Source: Octopus bimaculoides
Lineage: Eukaryota
DNA: 64,000 nt
Direction: 5' to 3'
Assembly (NCBI RefSeq): GCF_001194135.2
Contig: NC_068981.1
Span: 197,179,869-197,243,868 of the forward strand
Shown here: positions 11,055 through 21,585 of the stretch, in pieces
Numbering within the stretch: position 1 is the first letter of the stretch
How the letters are laid out: each line of letters starts with the position of its first letter
Translations under genes and position numbers: made by a program
The notes under the pieces: generated by a model
What the model saw: only the letters and a program-made list of their open reading frames with translations
The model's database searches: none
Told to the model about the DNA's origin: nothing

Positions 11055-11557
11055 ATATATATGTATATAGCTATTGTTTATTTATTAAACAAAACGATAA
11101 AAGCAGTGAATGGTCAACACAAGATACTTGATTGGGGGTGGAGTGTTTTGTGAAGCCTCTGAATAATTGACCTTTGGTCAGAAATCTAACGACCAGATGA
11201 TTTTCTAAATTTTTTTAGTCATTTTTTTGTTTTAGGTGTTAGATACATGCCTTTTGATAAAAAGGATTGTTGAAAGTATTTTTCTTTTTTTATATATATA
11301 TATATTTTGGTTTGGGAGGAGAGATCATGCTAGCTCAACTCCACCCCCTAATCAAGTATCTTGTGTTGTCCATTTACCCCCACACTTGGACACACCCAAA
11401 CTCCATAGACAGAATCACAAAGTCCCAAATCTTCAGATCTGTTTGACAACGAATGCGAGAAAAATCTCCAAAAAATGGTAACAAGGATATTTTTCTTTTA
11501 AATTTCCACACCCAAATTAACACAACTAACTAGATCTATGAACTAAAATTTATATTC

Positions 11558-12300
11558 ATCATCATCATAGTTTTCCATGCTGGCATGGGTTGGACGGTTC
11601 GACTAGGGTCTGAGAAGCCAGGCTCCAGTCTGATCTGGCAGAGTTTCTACAGCTGGATGCCCTTCCTAACACCAACCACTCTGAGAGTGTAGTGGGTGCT
11701 TTTTACATGCCATCGTGCGGGTGACACGTAAAAGCACCCACTACACTCTCTGAGTGGTTGGCGTTAGGAAGGGCATCCAGCTGTAGAAACTCTGCCAAAT
11801 TAGACTGGAGCCTGGTTTTTGCCATCCGGTTTCACCAGTCCTCAGTCAAATCGTCCAACCCATGCTAGCATGGAAAGCGGACGTTAAACGATGATGATCA
11901 GCACAGGGGCCGGAGGAGGCTGGCAACAACTACAATCGGTTGGAGTGTTTTACATGCCACTGGCACAGGAGCCAGCCAAGGCAGTGGTGGCATCAGCCAC
12001 GTTTGGATGCTGCTTTTTGCATACCACCGGCACGGGGATCACCATTACAATTTCCATTTGATTTTGATGTTGTACTTGATTCAATAGGTCTCCTCAAGCA
12101 TAGCATGTCGCCCTATGATCCAAGATACTTTAGAGTGGGCTGGGGCTGGTTATGCGACACTGGTGTAGCTTACAGCTGTGAACTCACTTTCCTTGCCGGG
12201 TCTTCTCAGTCACAGCAGATCTCCAGAGGGTCTCGGTCTTTCGTCGTTGCCTCTGTGAAGTCCAACGTTCGAAGGTCATACTTGACCACTTCATCCCATG
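11558..12300 (-). mobile_element. RTE 3' end containing an oppositely oriented copy of the same family (11716-11897, +)
   Basis: The minus copy breaks at catgccat|cgtgcgggtgacacg. A plus copy ending in aaacgatgatgat follows, then the minus copy resumes. Confidence 0.75.
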
Positions 12301-12382
12301 TGTTATTAAAAGATAATAAATTAAACTGATTAATTCTCTACCACTGAAGTCATTCTTTTCTTTTTTTTTTTTTATTGTCAAA

Positions 12383-12835
12383 TATATAAATACATGAACG
12401 GAAAAATGGAGACCACCTCCCCTTTGTGGGATGAAGTTAAAAAAATAGACAAAGAATACCACTAGAAAATACAAAAACTAAAAGAAGCAACACATATGCT
12501 AGGACATAACAACCTCCTAAGCAGACCGAGTGCAGATATGAGCAGAATATGGGAAACGGTATTAAGGAAAATATTAGATTTATAAGCCCTAAAATTCACT
12601 CCATAATTGTGCACAGGGGTTAAGAGCGTGGGCTACTAACCCCAAGTTTCCGAGTTCGATTCCAGGCAGTGACATGAATAATAACAACAACATCGAAAAG
12701 TAACCCAGGTTCGAAATTTCTCCAAGACACCTGATGAAGGCTGGAGAGTATATCAGCCGAAACGTTGTGTTAGCAACAAACAAGATGAGGACAAATATTC
12801 GTCAAATGTAACAAAATGTTATAACTTCATTCAAT
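12383..12835 (+). mobile_element. Penelope-like element 3' end (GIY-YIG C-terminus, tRNA-like segment, hammerhead)
   Basis: PLWDEVKKIDKEYH*KIQKLKEATHMLGHNNLLSRPSADMSRIWETVLRKILDL* (12421-12585) resembles the Penelope GIY-YIG C-terminus. tRNA-like 12617-12670 has B box GTTCGATTCC. Hammerhead at 12726-12771. Confidence 0.75.
12726..12771 (+). ncRNA. Minimal type I hammerhead ribozyme (dimer-type, intact core)
   Basis: gacac CTGATGA a ggctgg agagtata tcagcc GAA ACGT T gtgtt. Stem I is gacac/gtgtt, stem II is ggctgg/tcagcc, and stem III is the palindrome ACGT. Predicted GUU cleavage after 12766. Confidence 0.75.
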
Positions 12836-13029
12836 GACTGAAATAAGGGAGAGAACTCACGGATTGTAGTACGGTTGAATTCCAATTTATAAGAGGTATT
12901 ACTGGGATATATTTAATATATCTATTTAGGGAAACATTAGCCCTTAGGTAATATATGAATCCCAGTGTGTAGAGTTGAAACATGAAAGGGGCTGATGCAG
13001 TGATCTCTAAGTGGCGGTTATGATGACGA

Positions 13030-13270
13030 GGGTTCCAGTTAATGTAAGTGGCTGAGCACTCCACAGACACGTGTACCCTTAGCATAGTTCTCGTGTGACA
13101 AGGCTGGCCCTTTGAAATACAGGTACAACAGAAACAGGAAGAAAGAGTACAGCAGGGTTGGTCACCACCCCATCCCTCTTTCAGGTGTTTTTACTCAATA
13201 AATACTCAACGCCCAGTCTGGGAGCTGAAACCGCAAGTCCACTGCCCTAACCACTGGGCCATAGCACCTC
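13030..13270 (-). mobile_element. tRNA-derived SINE
   Basis: Reverse-complement head atggcccagtggttagggcagtggac...ggtttcagctccc plus a SINE body. Confidence 0.55.
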
Positions 13271-13699
13271 CACATATGACTAAGTAATAAAGGAAAGACG
13301 GAAAGCATGTCTTTGGTTGCCCAGCATTTTATTTTGCATACATTCATAATGATTGTTGTAAGTAGCACTTCTGACTCTCCGCCCATGACCTCTCAGATGA
13401 CAACTATTCAGTCTCATTGCAGATGTGCCTGGTTCAGAGCAAAGTCGACAGACATAGAGTTGTAACTTACTGCCTGCTTCCTCGTCGTTAGGTCTGCTCA
13501 CATCATTACTCTTCCATCGCCATAGCACTTTCAGGAGATGGAATGAGAAAAGAAGTCACCGTAAAGAGACATTTGTACAACATTGGATTACAAGGATAGA
13601 CTCTTGTACAACACGAGTGCCACTCGTGATTAAATGTTTGTGATTAGTACCTAGTGATAGGCCAAAGCAAAATGATCATGTGAAAGCACAGGTTTTTAC

Positions 13700-14045
13700 A
13701 TCAGTGCCCACGTGATCGCTACCAACGTCGCCTTCCCGGCACGTGAAGACATTTGAGCGAGTTCATTGCCAGTACTGCTGGACTGGCTCCTATGCAGGTG
13801 GCACGCAAAATACACCATTTTGAGCGTGGTCGTTGCCAGTACCGCCTGACTGGCCTTCGTGCCGGTGGCACGTAAAAAGCACCCACTACACTCTTGGAGT
13901 GGTTGGTGTTAGGAAGGGCATCCAGCTGTAGAAACTCTGCCAAATCAGATTGGAGCCTGGTGCAGCCATCTGGTTCGCCAGTCCTCAGTCAAATCGTCCA
14001 ACCCATGCTAGCATGGAAAGCAGACATTAAACGATGATGATGATG
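13700..14045 (+). mobile_element. RTE LINE 3' UTR with tandem modules and GAT tail
   Basis: Family core and tail; ccagt...actgg modules start at 13769 and 13836. Confidence 0.8.
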
Positions 14046-14914
14046 TCCCTCTCCCAGTAGGATGCCATGACAAGTTAGGAGTCCATCACTCCTGGTTGTT
14101 TTACTGCATTCTGACACCAACCAAGGGTATTTTTTTACATCCCTGTGCTCAGACAGATTGTCATCACATGCTGGGACCCTGACAAGTGCTACAGCTCTGG
14201 GTCAGTGTAGACCTAGAACAATAGTGGCTAAGAGGTGGTTCCACATTCTTCAAAATCCTGAGATTCCTGAACCAAAGCCCCACTACCAGATGCAGTTGAA
14301 AGTCATAGATGGACATATATACAAAAAATATAATGAGTGGATGTGTTTGGGGTGGTTGTTATGGAAACAAGATATTTATAAAATAGCCTACTTACAGTCA
14401 AAAATTCAGAAATTTTGTAGAACAAATAACTTGTTTGGAATAAGCTTTGTGGAACCTAAATGGTGTTCGGTTATTCCAGGTGAAATGAGAATATTTACTG
14501 CTATAAAACGGAATATAGATTTCATCTGGGAACCAAATGAAATCCTATTCATACCTTCAAGGATTCCATGGTTTTCAAATCTTATGTGCAGAGATCAATT
14601 TGAAATTATTGAACATACGACGGCAGTGGCTAACTCTAAAAAATCAGATGTGGTTGATGTGCCAAGTTGTAAACCAATATAAATTTAGGTCTCGTAAATA
14701 CACATCACAGAGAACTTGGGTGAAGATGAAAGTAAATGTTAAGACTTTCACCTGCAATCAGCGTTATGAGGTGGACATAAAAACTAGTAAGGTCCTGTGA
14801 CTGATTAGCAGAAAGAAACGGTACAGAGAATAGAAATTATTATAGTAGCAACAGAGGAGATGGAGGGAATAAACTGAGACAGTAGTAATTCAATAATTTA
14901 ATTAATTAAAATTT

Positions 14915-15105
14915 TGATACAAGGCTAGAAATTTCTGGGGGAGGGGGGTAAGCTGATTGCATCGACCCCCAATGCATAACTGGTACTTATTTTATTAAAC
15001 CCTGCCACAAAGGATGAAAGGTAAAGGTGACCTCGACAGCATTTGGACTATACATTTTGCACAATGTGCTTAAGGATTCTGCGAGGTGGCCACCCCTTAA
15101 TAATT
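14915..15105 (-). mobile_element. tRNA-derived SINE family B
   Basis: Degenerate copy of the family at 16525-16745. Further copies lie at about 22560-22750, 23097-23320, 29325-29500 and 42045-42170 (-) and 28012-28210 (+). Confidence 0.6.
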
Positions 15106-15245
15106 AAAATAGTAAAATGAGTCTAAATCTAGGTTCGTTAGCCTATCTGTCTAAATACAGTTACATGGTAGCAACAATACTTTAATTATTTTCTAAATAA
15201 AAACGTACATCGTAAAACTAATGAAAATTTCACAATGTAAATAAA

Positions 15246-15370
15246 ATAAGTGACTCTCAATACAATCACATGTGACAGGAATAAGTCAAATGACTCCCTG
15301 TACAATCACATTTAACGGGAATAAGTCAGGTGACTCCCTGTACAATCACTGCTAACTGGAGCAAGTCCAC
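15246..15370. repeat. 40-bp tandem repeat, 3 units
   Basis: tgactc(t/c)c..tacaatcac recurs at 15251, 15291 and 15331. Confidence 0.85.
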
Positions 15371-15534
15371 TGCTCTGCATAGTGACATTTAAGGTGAAAA
15401 AAGAATTTCATTATCTAAAATTACAAGAATTTCTTTCTACAAAATATTAGAGAAAGAGCTGAAGTGCCGTAAGTGAATGACTTTATGGTTGAGCCAGTCA
15501 TTACGAGTGTCCACTTAGCTCTCTTGACTTTCGT

Positions 15535-15696
15535 TTATGGAAGAATGTGTGGTATCAGGCGAACTTTTAATTCATACTTTGGGTGACATTCTATAATGCG
15601 ACATTCCTTCAAAAGTTCCAGGTAATCAAGTGAGAAACGAGAGTTGACTGTTATATAAGTGTCATGGGGATGATTCAAGTTGCGGTCAATGAGAGT
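15535..15696 (-). CDS. CENPK: Centromere protein K homolog, terminal exon
   Basis: tctttgcag|ACT...TAA encodes TLIDRNLNHPHDTYITVNSRFSLDYLELLKECRIIECHPKYELKVRLIPHILP*. It aligns by eye to the vertebrate CENP-K C-terminus as recalled (ILINRLFDVPHDPYV...YVELLLRNGIALRHPEDPTRIRL). Confidence 0.82.
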   Translation of the reverse strand, partial: TLIDRNLNHPHDTYITVNSRFSLDYLELLKECRIIECHPKYELKVRLIPHILP

Positions 15697-16524
15697 CTGC
15701 AAAGATCAAGAAAAAAATCTCAGTCATTTCTACAGAATGAACCAACTAAAAAGGGAACAATTTTATTAATTATTTTGGTGAAAGAGAGAGAGAGAGAAAG
15801 AGAGAAACAGACAGAGTGACAGGCAGGTAGACACTGATTCTATGAAATATTGAAATATTTCTGGAAAGTTTTCCATTTTGAGCCATTCCTTTCTGGTTCT
15901 CATTTGTAGCCAGACTGCAGTATGTATATTAAATGGGTGAAATGTAGAGTAACATGTACATCAAGGTGAGTGAAATATAGGGTGTGTGTGTGTGTATAAA
16001 TAAATAAAACAAAGTGGACATGAAATGATAATGATTGCACAAAGTTATTTGTCATATGGCATGTTACACTCTATTATAGATACATACTAGTGTGTGTGTG
16101 TGTAATGAATAGTAGTGCCCAGGTGTCGAAACCATAGTGATATCCGTTTGGCAGCTGATGATGGGGATGCACATATATTATGCTCGATTTTGAATTTCTT
16201 ATCTCTTCTGAGTTATTTTTCATTTTTCTAAAATGCAAAGTTTGTAGATTCATTGTTTGTGGGGATTACTTACTTTGGTATTATTTGGCTTTCGTAAAAG
16301 TTCAAATAGAATTTATGGGGCTGGTGTTGTGTCATGAGAAAGAAAATATGACGGAGATGATAATTAGCAACGTGAAATAGAAAATCTTCATCAATAAATA
16401 AATGATCATTGTCCACCTACACCAATTGTCCCCACCTTTCAAAAGTCTCTAGTAGTGATCATCAAAAGTCCCTACTACTGTCCCTCTACACCAAACGGTA
16501 CCAATATTTTCACTAATGTGAGCA

Positions 16525-16745
16525 GTGAGCTGGCAGAATCGTTAGCACGCCGGGCGAAATGCTTAGCAGTATTTCATCTATCTTTATGTTCTGTGTTCAA
16601 ATTCCGCTGAGGTTGACTTTGCCTTTCATCCTTTCGGGGTTGATTAATTAAGTACCAGTTACACACAGGGGTGGATGTAATTGACTTAATCCCTTTGTCT
16701 GTACTTGTTTGTCTCCTCTATGTTTAGCCCCCTATGGGCAATAAA
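16525..16745 (+). mobile_element. tRNA-derived SINE family B, near complete
   Basis: gagctggcagaatcgttagc (A-box-like)...gttcaaattcc (B box)...ttaagtaccagtt body. Confidence 0.75.
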
Positions 16746-16829
16746 GAAAAAAATACTGCACTGTTCTTGGTGGACTTCCCAGTCATAAACGACAGAAGGG
16801 GGTTCTGAATAACTTGCACAGATATTCTT

Positions 16830-17212
16830 TATTCTTTTACTTATTTGACTGCGGCCATGCTGGAGCACCACCTGTAGTCGAGTAAATCGACCCCAGGACT
16901 TATTCTTTGTAAACATAGTGCTAATTCTATTGGAATCTTTTGTGGAACTGCTAAGTTATGGGGACGTATGCACACCAGCATCGGTTGTCAAGTGATGTTG
17001 GAGACAAACATATATATATATATATATATATACGTATACATATAATGATGGGCTTCTTTCAGTTTCCGTTTACCAAATCCACTCACTAGGCTTTGGTTAG
17101 CCCAAGGCTATAGTAGAAAACACTTGCCCAAGGCGCAACACAATGGGACTGAACCTGGAACCATCTGGTTGGTAAGCAAACTACTTACCACACAGCCACA
17201 CTTGTGCCTATG
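16830..17212 (-). mobile_element. tRNA-derived SINE family A, complete, with internal (TA)n
   Basis: Head ggctgtgtggtaag...ggttcagtccc, central microsatellite, 3' body gtcctggggtcgat...ccagcatggccgcagtc. Other copies lie at about 21760, 32280, 33500, 34280, 36460, 39430, 41010, 45720, 46040, 48320, 51518, 56020, 59400, 61055 and 61655. Confidence 0.8.
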
Positions 17213-17299
17213 TTTTTAGTGATCGAATATTTATGTTGTACTTTGATTCACTAACCCCCCACCGCCTCCCACCCCCCGGGACATTAGTTTGACATTGCC

Positions 17300-17462
17300 T
17301 GTAGAGGTGCACAGTGAGTCACAAGTGAAATGTCCAAGTGGTCATAGAGCAATGTAAAACGAAGTGTTTTCACTCAAGAGCACAACACACTGCCTGATCC
17401 TGGGATTGAAATCTCACTGTTGTGATTGTGAGTGCAACACCCTAACCACTAGGTCACGCACC
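17300..17462 (-). mobile_element. tRNA-derived SINE family C
   Basis: Reverse complement of the gtgacctagtggttagggtgttgcactcac...gtgctcttgagtgaaaacac type. Copies lie at 30305-30535 and 40160-40300 (+). Confidence 0.6.
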
Positions 17463-17552
17463 CACATTGACATCCACTTGCAATGTCCAGTACTGACTAC
17501 CTACAGATTCCTGTAGGTTGTCCAACTGCAGAATGACCAAGACTTGTCTTAC

Positions 17553-17603
17553 CATAATTATCTTCATTAGAGAGTATGGCTCTTTGTCCTTCGTTGTGGA
17601 AAA
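17553..17603 (-). CDS. CENPK: CENP-K homolog, internal exon
   Basis: cttttgcag|TTT...ATG|gtaaga, 51 bp, phase 0-0, FSTTKDKEPYSLMKIIM. Confidence 0.8.
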
Positions 17604-17731
17604 CTGCAAAAGACATAAAGAAATATATCATGTTTCGTGTTGAGACAAAAGATGGCAGGTTTAATAGTGGCACCAATTCTAAAGACTTGAAGAAAGCTAA
17701 GCCAATGTGAAAGCAGTTTTGTGGTCATTAA

Positions 17732-17867
17732 CCCTTTGAGCCTGTAACACCAGTTTACCAGTGGATGGCTTATTTTTCTCTATACCGTAGCACCGTTCTA
17801 CCGGTGGAGGGCATCAGGAAGCCAGGTATGTGGTCAATTAAGGGTCAGGAGATCAGGGTTCAAAGGG
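17732..17867. mobile_element. piggyBac-like micro-MITE
   Basis: TTAA-ccctttga...tcaaaggg-TTAA, 136 bp, perfect TTAA duplication. Confidence 0.75.
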
Positions 17868-18334
17868 TTAAGCAACTAGAAATAGTAACCAAATATCCCT
17901 CAGATCACATTCTAGAATCTTAACCCTTTTGTGCTGTGTTTCCTCCAGGTGTAGTGAGAATAGCCTAAATGTAATCTCTACCAGATTCTCATTAAAGCAG
18001 TAATGAACTATATAAACAAAGAAAAAGAAGATAAAATACATTAAAAATAGACAAGAGATCATGTTGCTGCAGCTTTGTGGTCAAGTGTATCTCTGACTCA
18101 TTGTTAATTGTATGCCTCCACCATTGTTGTTTACATTTGTTTTTGATTGGAAGTAAAAAACAGAAAAAAATTTTTTTTTTTTTTTTTTGCAATGAAACAA
18201 GCATGTAATGAACCCAGCACTTTTGTCTGGTAAACAAACAAGGCCTAGACCAGTGGTTTCCAACCCTTTTGTTTAAATGAGGTTTCCCCATGGACCCCTT
18301 TCGATATGCTTATCCTTATGTATGCATATATATA

Positions 18335-19500
18335 CAGGGTGTGTAAGATACACGAGAACAGATTTATGTTTATAAAACAACAGATAATAACATTATTAAT
18401 CAAAAAATGCTATGAGGATAAAAATAAACCTTCTTTTCTGTAATGTTATTCATTAAAGCTACCTTCGGTTTCAACAGTTGCTTCTATACGAGATCTAAGT
18501 CATCTCCAAGCTCGAATCAAGTGGTCCTGGTTCATTTTGGACATTACTCTGACTATGGCAGATTTCAAAGAATCTATGGTGTTATGGGTGAGTTCATTGA
18601 CCTCTCTCTCAACAACGCTCCACATGTAATAGTCCAATGGATTGAGATCTGGCGAATTAGGAGGCCAAATGTTAGGGGTTATGTGATCATGACAATTTCC
18701 AGCCATCCATTCCTGTGTTACTAGAGCCATGTGTGATAGTGCAGAGTCTTACTGAAACACATATGGCCTTTCATTGCTTACACTGTCTATCTGGGGCTTA
18801 ACAATTATTTCCAGGACCTCAATGTAAGCGGCAGAGTTAACTCTAAGGCCTTGTGGAAAGAAGTAAGGAGGCATCACATGTTCTCTATTACTGAAAACCC
18901 CTAAAACCATGACAGTTGCAGGAAATTTTGTATGCATAACACTTGGAACTTCAGAAGGGTCTGCACATAACCATCTGTCATTTCTTCTGTTAACTTTTTA
19001 TCTTGGTTGAAGTTTTTCTCGTTTGTGAAAAACCAAATCAAATCTTCTTCCGCTGGATTTTTCAGTTTGTTTAAGAGCCTTTTGGATCTAATGTAGTGGT
19101 TTTCTTCTGCTTTTTCTGATAAATTGACCTTTGCTCATCATATAAGACTTATATCTGATGTCTTTGTGGACAACATTTCTGACTGTTCTTTCTGACACAT
19201 AGAGATCTTTTGCAACTGACCTCATGGACTTTCTGCAATTGTAATTAATGGTCTGTTGAATTTGTTGGATAAATTCAGGTGTTCTGATGATTTCAGAGCA
19301 TTTAGAATGCTTTTTCCGCTTTGATACTGGTGATAGGTTTCCATCTTCAGTCTCTGGCTCCTTACAAACTTTGTAGATGAAAGATCTGGCAACTTTTAAA
19401 AAATCGAGATATTTCTAAATCGTTAGGTTCAGCCTTTATAACCACAATAACAGCATAATTCTTCATTTCTTGAGTAAGCTGAGGGTCTGCCATTATTATT
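18335..19500 (-). mobile_element. DD37D (maT) Tc1/mariner transposon, near full-length decayed transposase (about 18446-19493)
   Basis: FQ*D-SALSH...WPPNSPDLNPL-D gives exactly 37 residues between the second and third D. N-terminus MADPQLTQEMK. Contains stops and frameshifts. TA-cagggtgtg terminus at 18335; the other TIR is unclear. Confidence 0.85.
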
Positions 19501-19782
19501 TTCTGAAACAAAGATTATACAGAGTTAGGACCAGTGAGGTCTGCTTTGGCATGTTTTTTATGTTTCTACTCTCAACAATTTGTTTGTTTGCTTTGTGGGA
19601 AATAAGTGATCCCTTACTTGAGAGAGGGAGGTATGGGTTAGTGACAGGAAGAACATCCAGTCATTCCAACCAATATTAACACACTCTGCACTAATTATAA
19701 CCGTCAGGTTAACAAGTATTAATTAGCTAAACTGGAATTCTAAACTGTGCAAAGTGAAAAGTAAGTCAGACAAGAAACTTAC

Positions 19783-19830
19783 CAATGTCGATTGATGCAC
19801 TTTAGGGAAATATTTGGAAACAAAGTTAAC
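19783..19830 (-). CDS. CENPK: CENP-K homolog, internal exon
   Basis: gttttccag|GTT...TTG|gtaagt, 48 bp, phase 0-0, VNFVSKYFPKVHQSTL (compare vertebrate GEFLEDHFP). Confidence 0.82.
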
Positions 19831-20557
19831 CTGGAAAACAGAAATAAAGAAAAACCATAGAAAAAAAAAAGAGGAACAGATTCTGCTGTTTGCCTGGCAA
19901 CATTCATCCAGTAAATGTCGAGTCTAAATATTTGCAGATGGATATCAATAGGAATACCATGATCAAAGAGGTAACCTTTTAAGGGAATCTCACTAGAAAT
20001 TACCTTCATCATCATTTAACGTCTGTTTTTTGTGCTGGCATGGGTTGGATGGTTTGACAGGAGCTGGTCAAGTGGAAGGGCAGCATCAGGCATCAATGGT
20101 CTGCTTTGGCATGGTTTCTATGGTTGGGTGCCCTTCTGAACGCTAACCACTTTACAGAGCCTGCACTGGGTGCATTTTACGTGGCACTGGCACAGGAGCT
20201 TTACATGTGACACCAAAACAGGGGTTTTTAACATGGCACCAGCACGTAAGATCCCACAAGACAAGGACTTCTCAGCTGAGATCCGACAAATAAAATGTTA
20301 CTGCTTTTTGTTATTAAATGTTTTAATATTTCAATGAAAGAGAGAAGGGCAGGCTCTCTGCCCCTTTATAGGGCCTGAATGTTTACAATAGAATAGACCC
20401 CACTAAAGGCACCAAAGAACCAGGTGTTGGTGTTAAACCAAGGAGCAGACTAAATCTTCCAGCCATGTAGTACATGGTGGAGTTTGATCTCAGAATGCAA
20501 AGAACTGCTACAAATGCTACAAGGAATATCCCAACCCCACCCTAACAATCTACTACA

Positions 20558-20760
20558 GGCTACTAACCCCAAGATTCCAAGTTCGATTCCAGGCAGTGAT
20601 CTGAATAACAACAACATCGAAAAATACCTTAGGAATGAGAACCGAGTTTCGAAATTTCCCCAAGACACCTGATGAAGGCTGGAGGGTATATCAGCCGAAA
20701 CATTGTATTAACAACAAACAAGATAAGGACAAATATCCATCAAATGTAAATAATGTACAA
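20558..20760 (+). mobile_element. Penelope-like tRNA/hammerhead module, 5'-truncated copy
   Basis: Anticodon arm, B box at 20581-20590, hammerhead at 20664-20709 with stem III ACAT and stem I mismatch. Confidence 0.75.
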
Positions 20761-21309
20761 TCTACATCTCTTCCTCACATTTCCTCCCTCATACACTATG
20801 CCTAGCTCTCACTCCTCAATCTTGTCCTCACAGCCCTGTACTTCTGTATCATTGCTATCCAGTACCCCGCCTCCATCTCTACATATATTCAAATTTATGC
20901 CACTCACTCCCCACCTCCACACTCTTTAATCACACTTCCTTCGCAATATCCTGCCACCATCTCTATCTCTCTCTTCCTTTACTCAACCATCCCATTTATA
21001 TTCTGATCCCCATCCCATGTGAGTATGCCCAGCACTTTGCCACCATCTCCCTCTCTCCTTCTCCTACACTATTTCCTTTGCGGCAGCACACCTGTTTCAG
21101 TCTTCATTCCTGATCCCTCTCTCTCTCTCTCTCTCTCTCTCTAGCCAGGTAACCTTGTATTTCTTCTACAGCAAGACACCTGTTTCTGTCTCTCTGTCTC
21201 ACTACACCCTTTCATCATTCGACACAAGATCACCTCTTCCAATGTCCCCTCCCTTCTTGAAAGGTTTTTTTTTGTCTTGCAAATTACTTGGTGACCCTGT
21301 CAGCGCACA

Positions 21310-21585
21310 GGTGTCACTTAAAAAAACACCCAGTCCACATTGTAAAGGGGTTGGTGTTCAGAAGGGAATCCAGCCATAAAAACCTTGCAAAACTGACCTC
21401 GCCTGTGCTTGTGCCACGTAAAAAGCACTAAGTCCACTATGCTGAGTGGTTGGTGTTGGGAAGGACATCCAGCTGTAAAAATCACAGAAGTCTGATGCAG
21501 GCTTCTGCCTGGCCGGCACTTCTCAAACAATCCCACCCATGCCAGCATGGATGTGGACGTTAAACAATGATGATGATGATTATTC
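21310..21585 (+). mobile_element. RTE LINE 3' end
   Basis: Family core and GAT tail. Similar minus copies lie at about 19990-20280, 25455-25830, 29755-30290, 31590-31960, 43180-43380 and 43415-43690. Plus copies lie at about 22930-23435, 24880-25050, 28340-28745, 28830-29182 and 59720-60175. Confidence 0.7.

Noticed and set aside
12617-12670. Possible genuine tRNA gene (also 55902, 58890 and the SINE heads)
   Set aside because: The acceptor and anticodon stems do not pair fully and the segments are embedded in repeats. They are tRNA-derived, not tRNA genes.
13700-13880. CRISPR-like array of palindromic repeats
   Set aside because: The context is a eukaryotic LINE 3' UTR, the linkers are homologous rather than unique spacers, and there are no cas genes.
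14396-14525. Minus-strand exon candidate with a gtaagt donor
   Set aside because: All three frames contain stops, and CENP-K already terminates at 15535.
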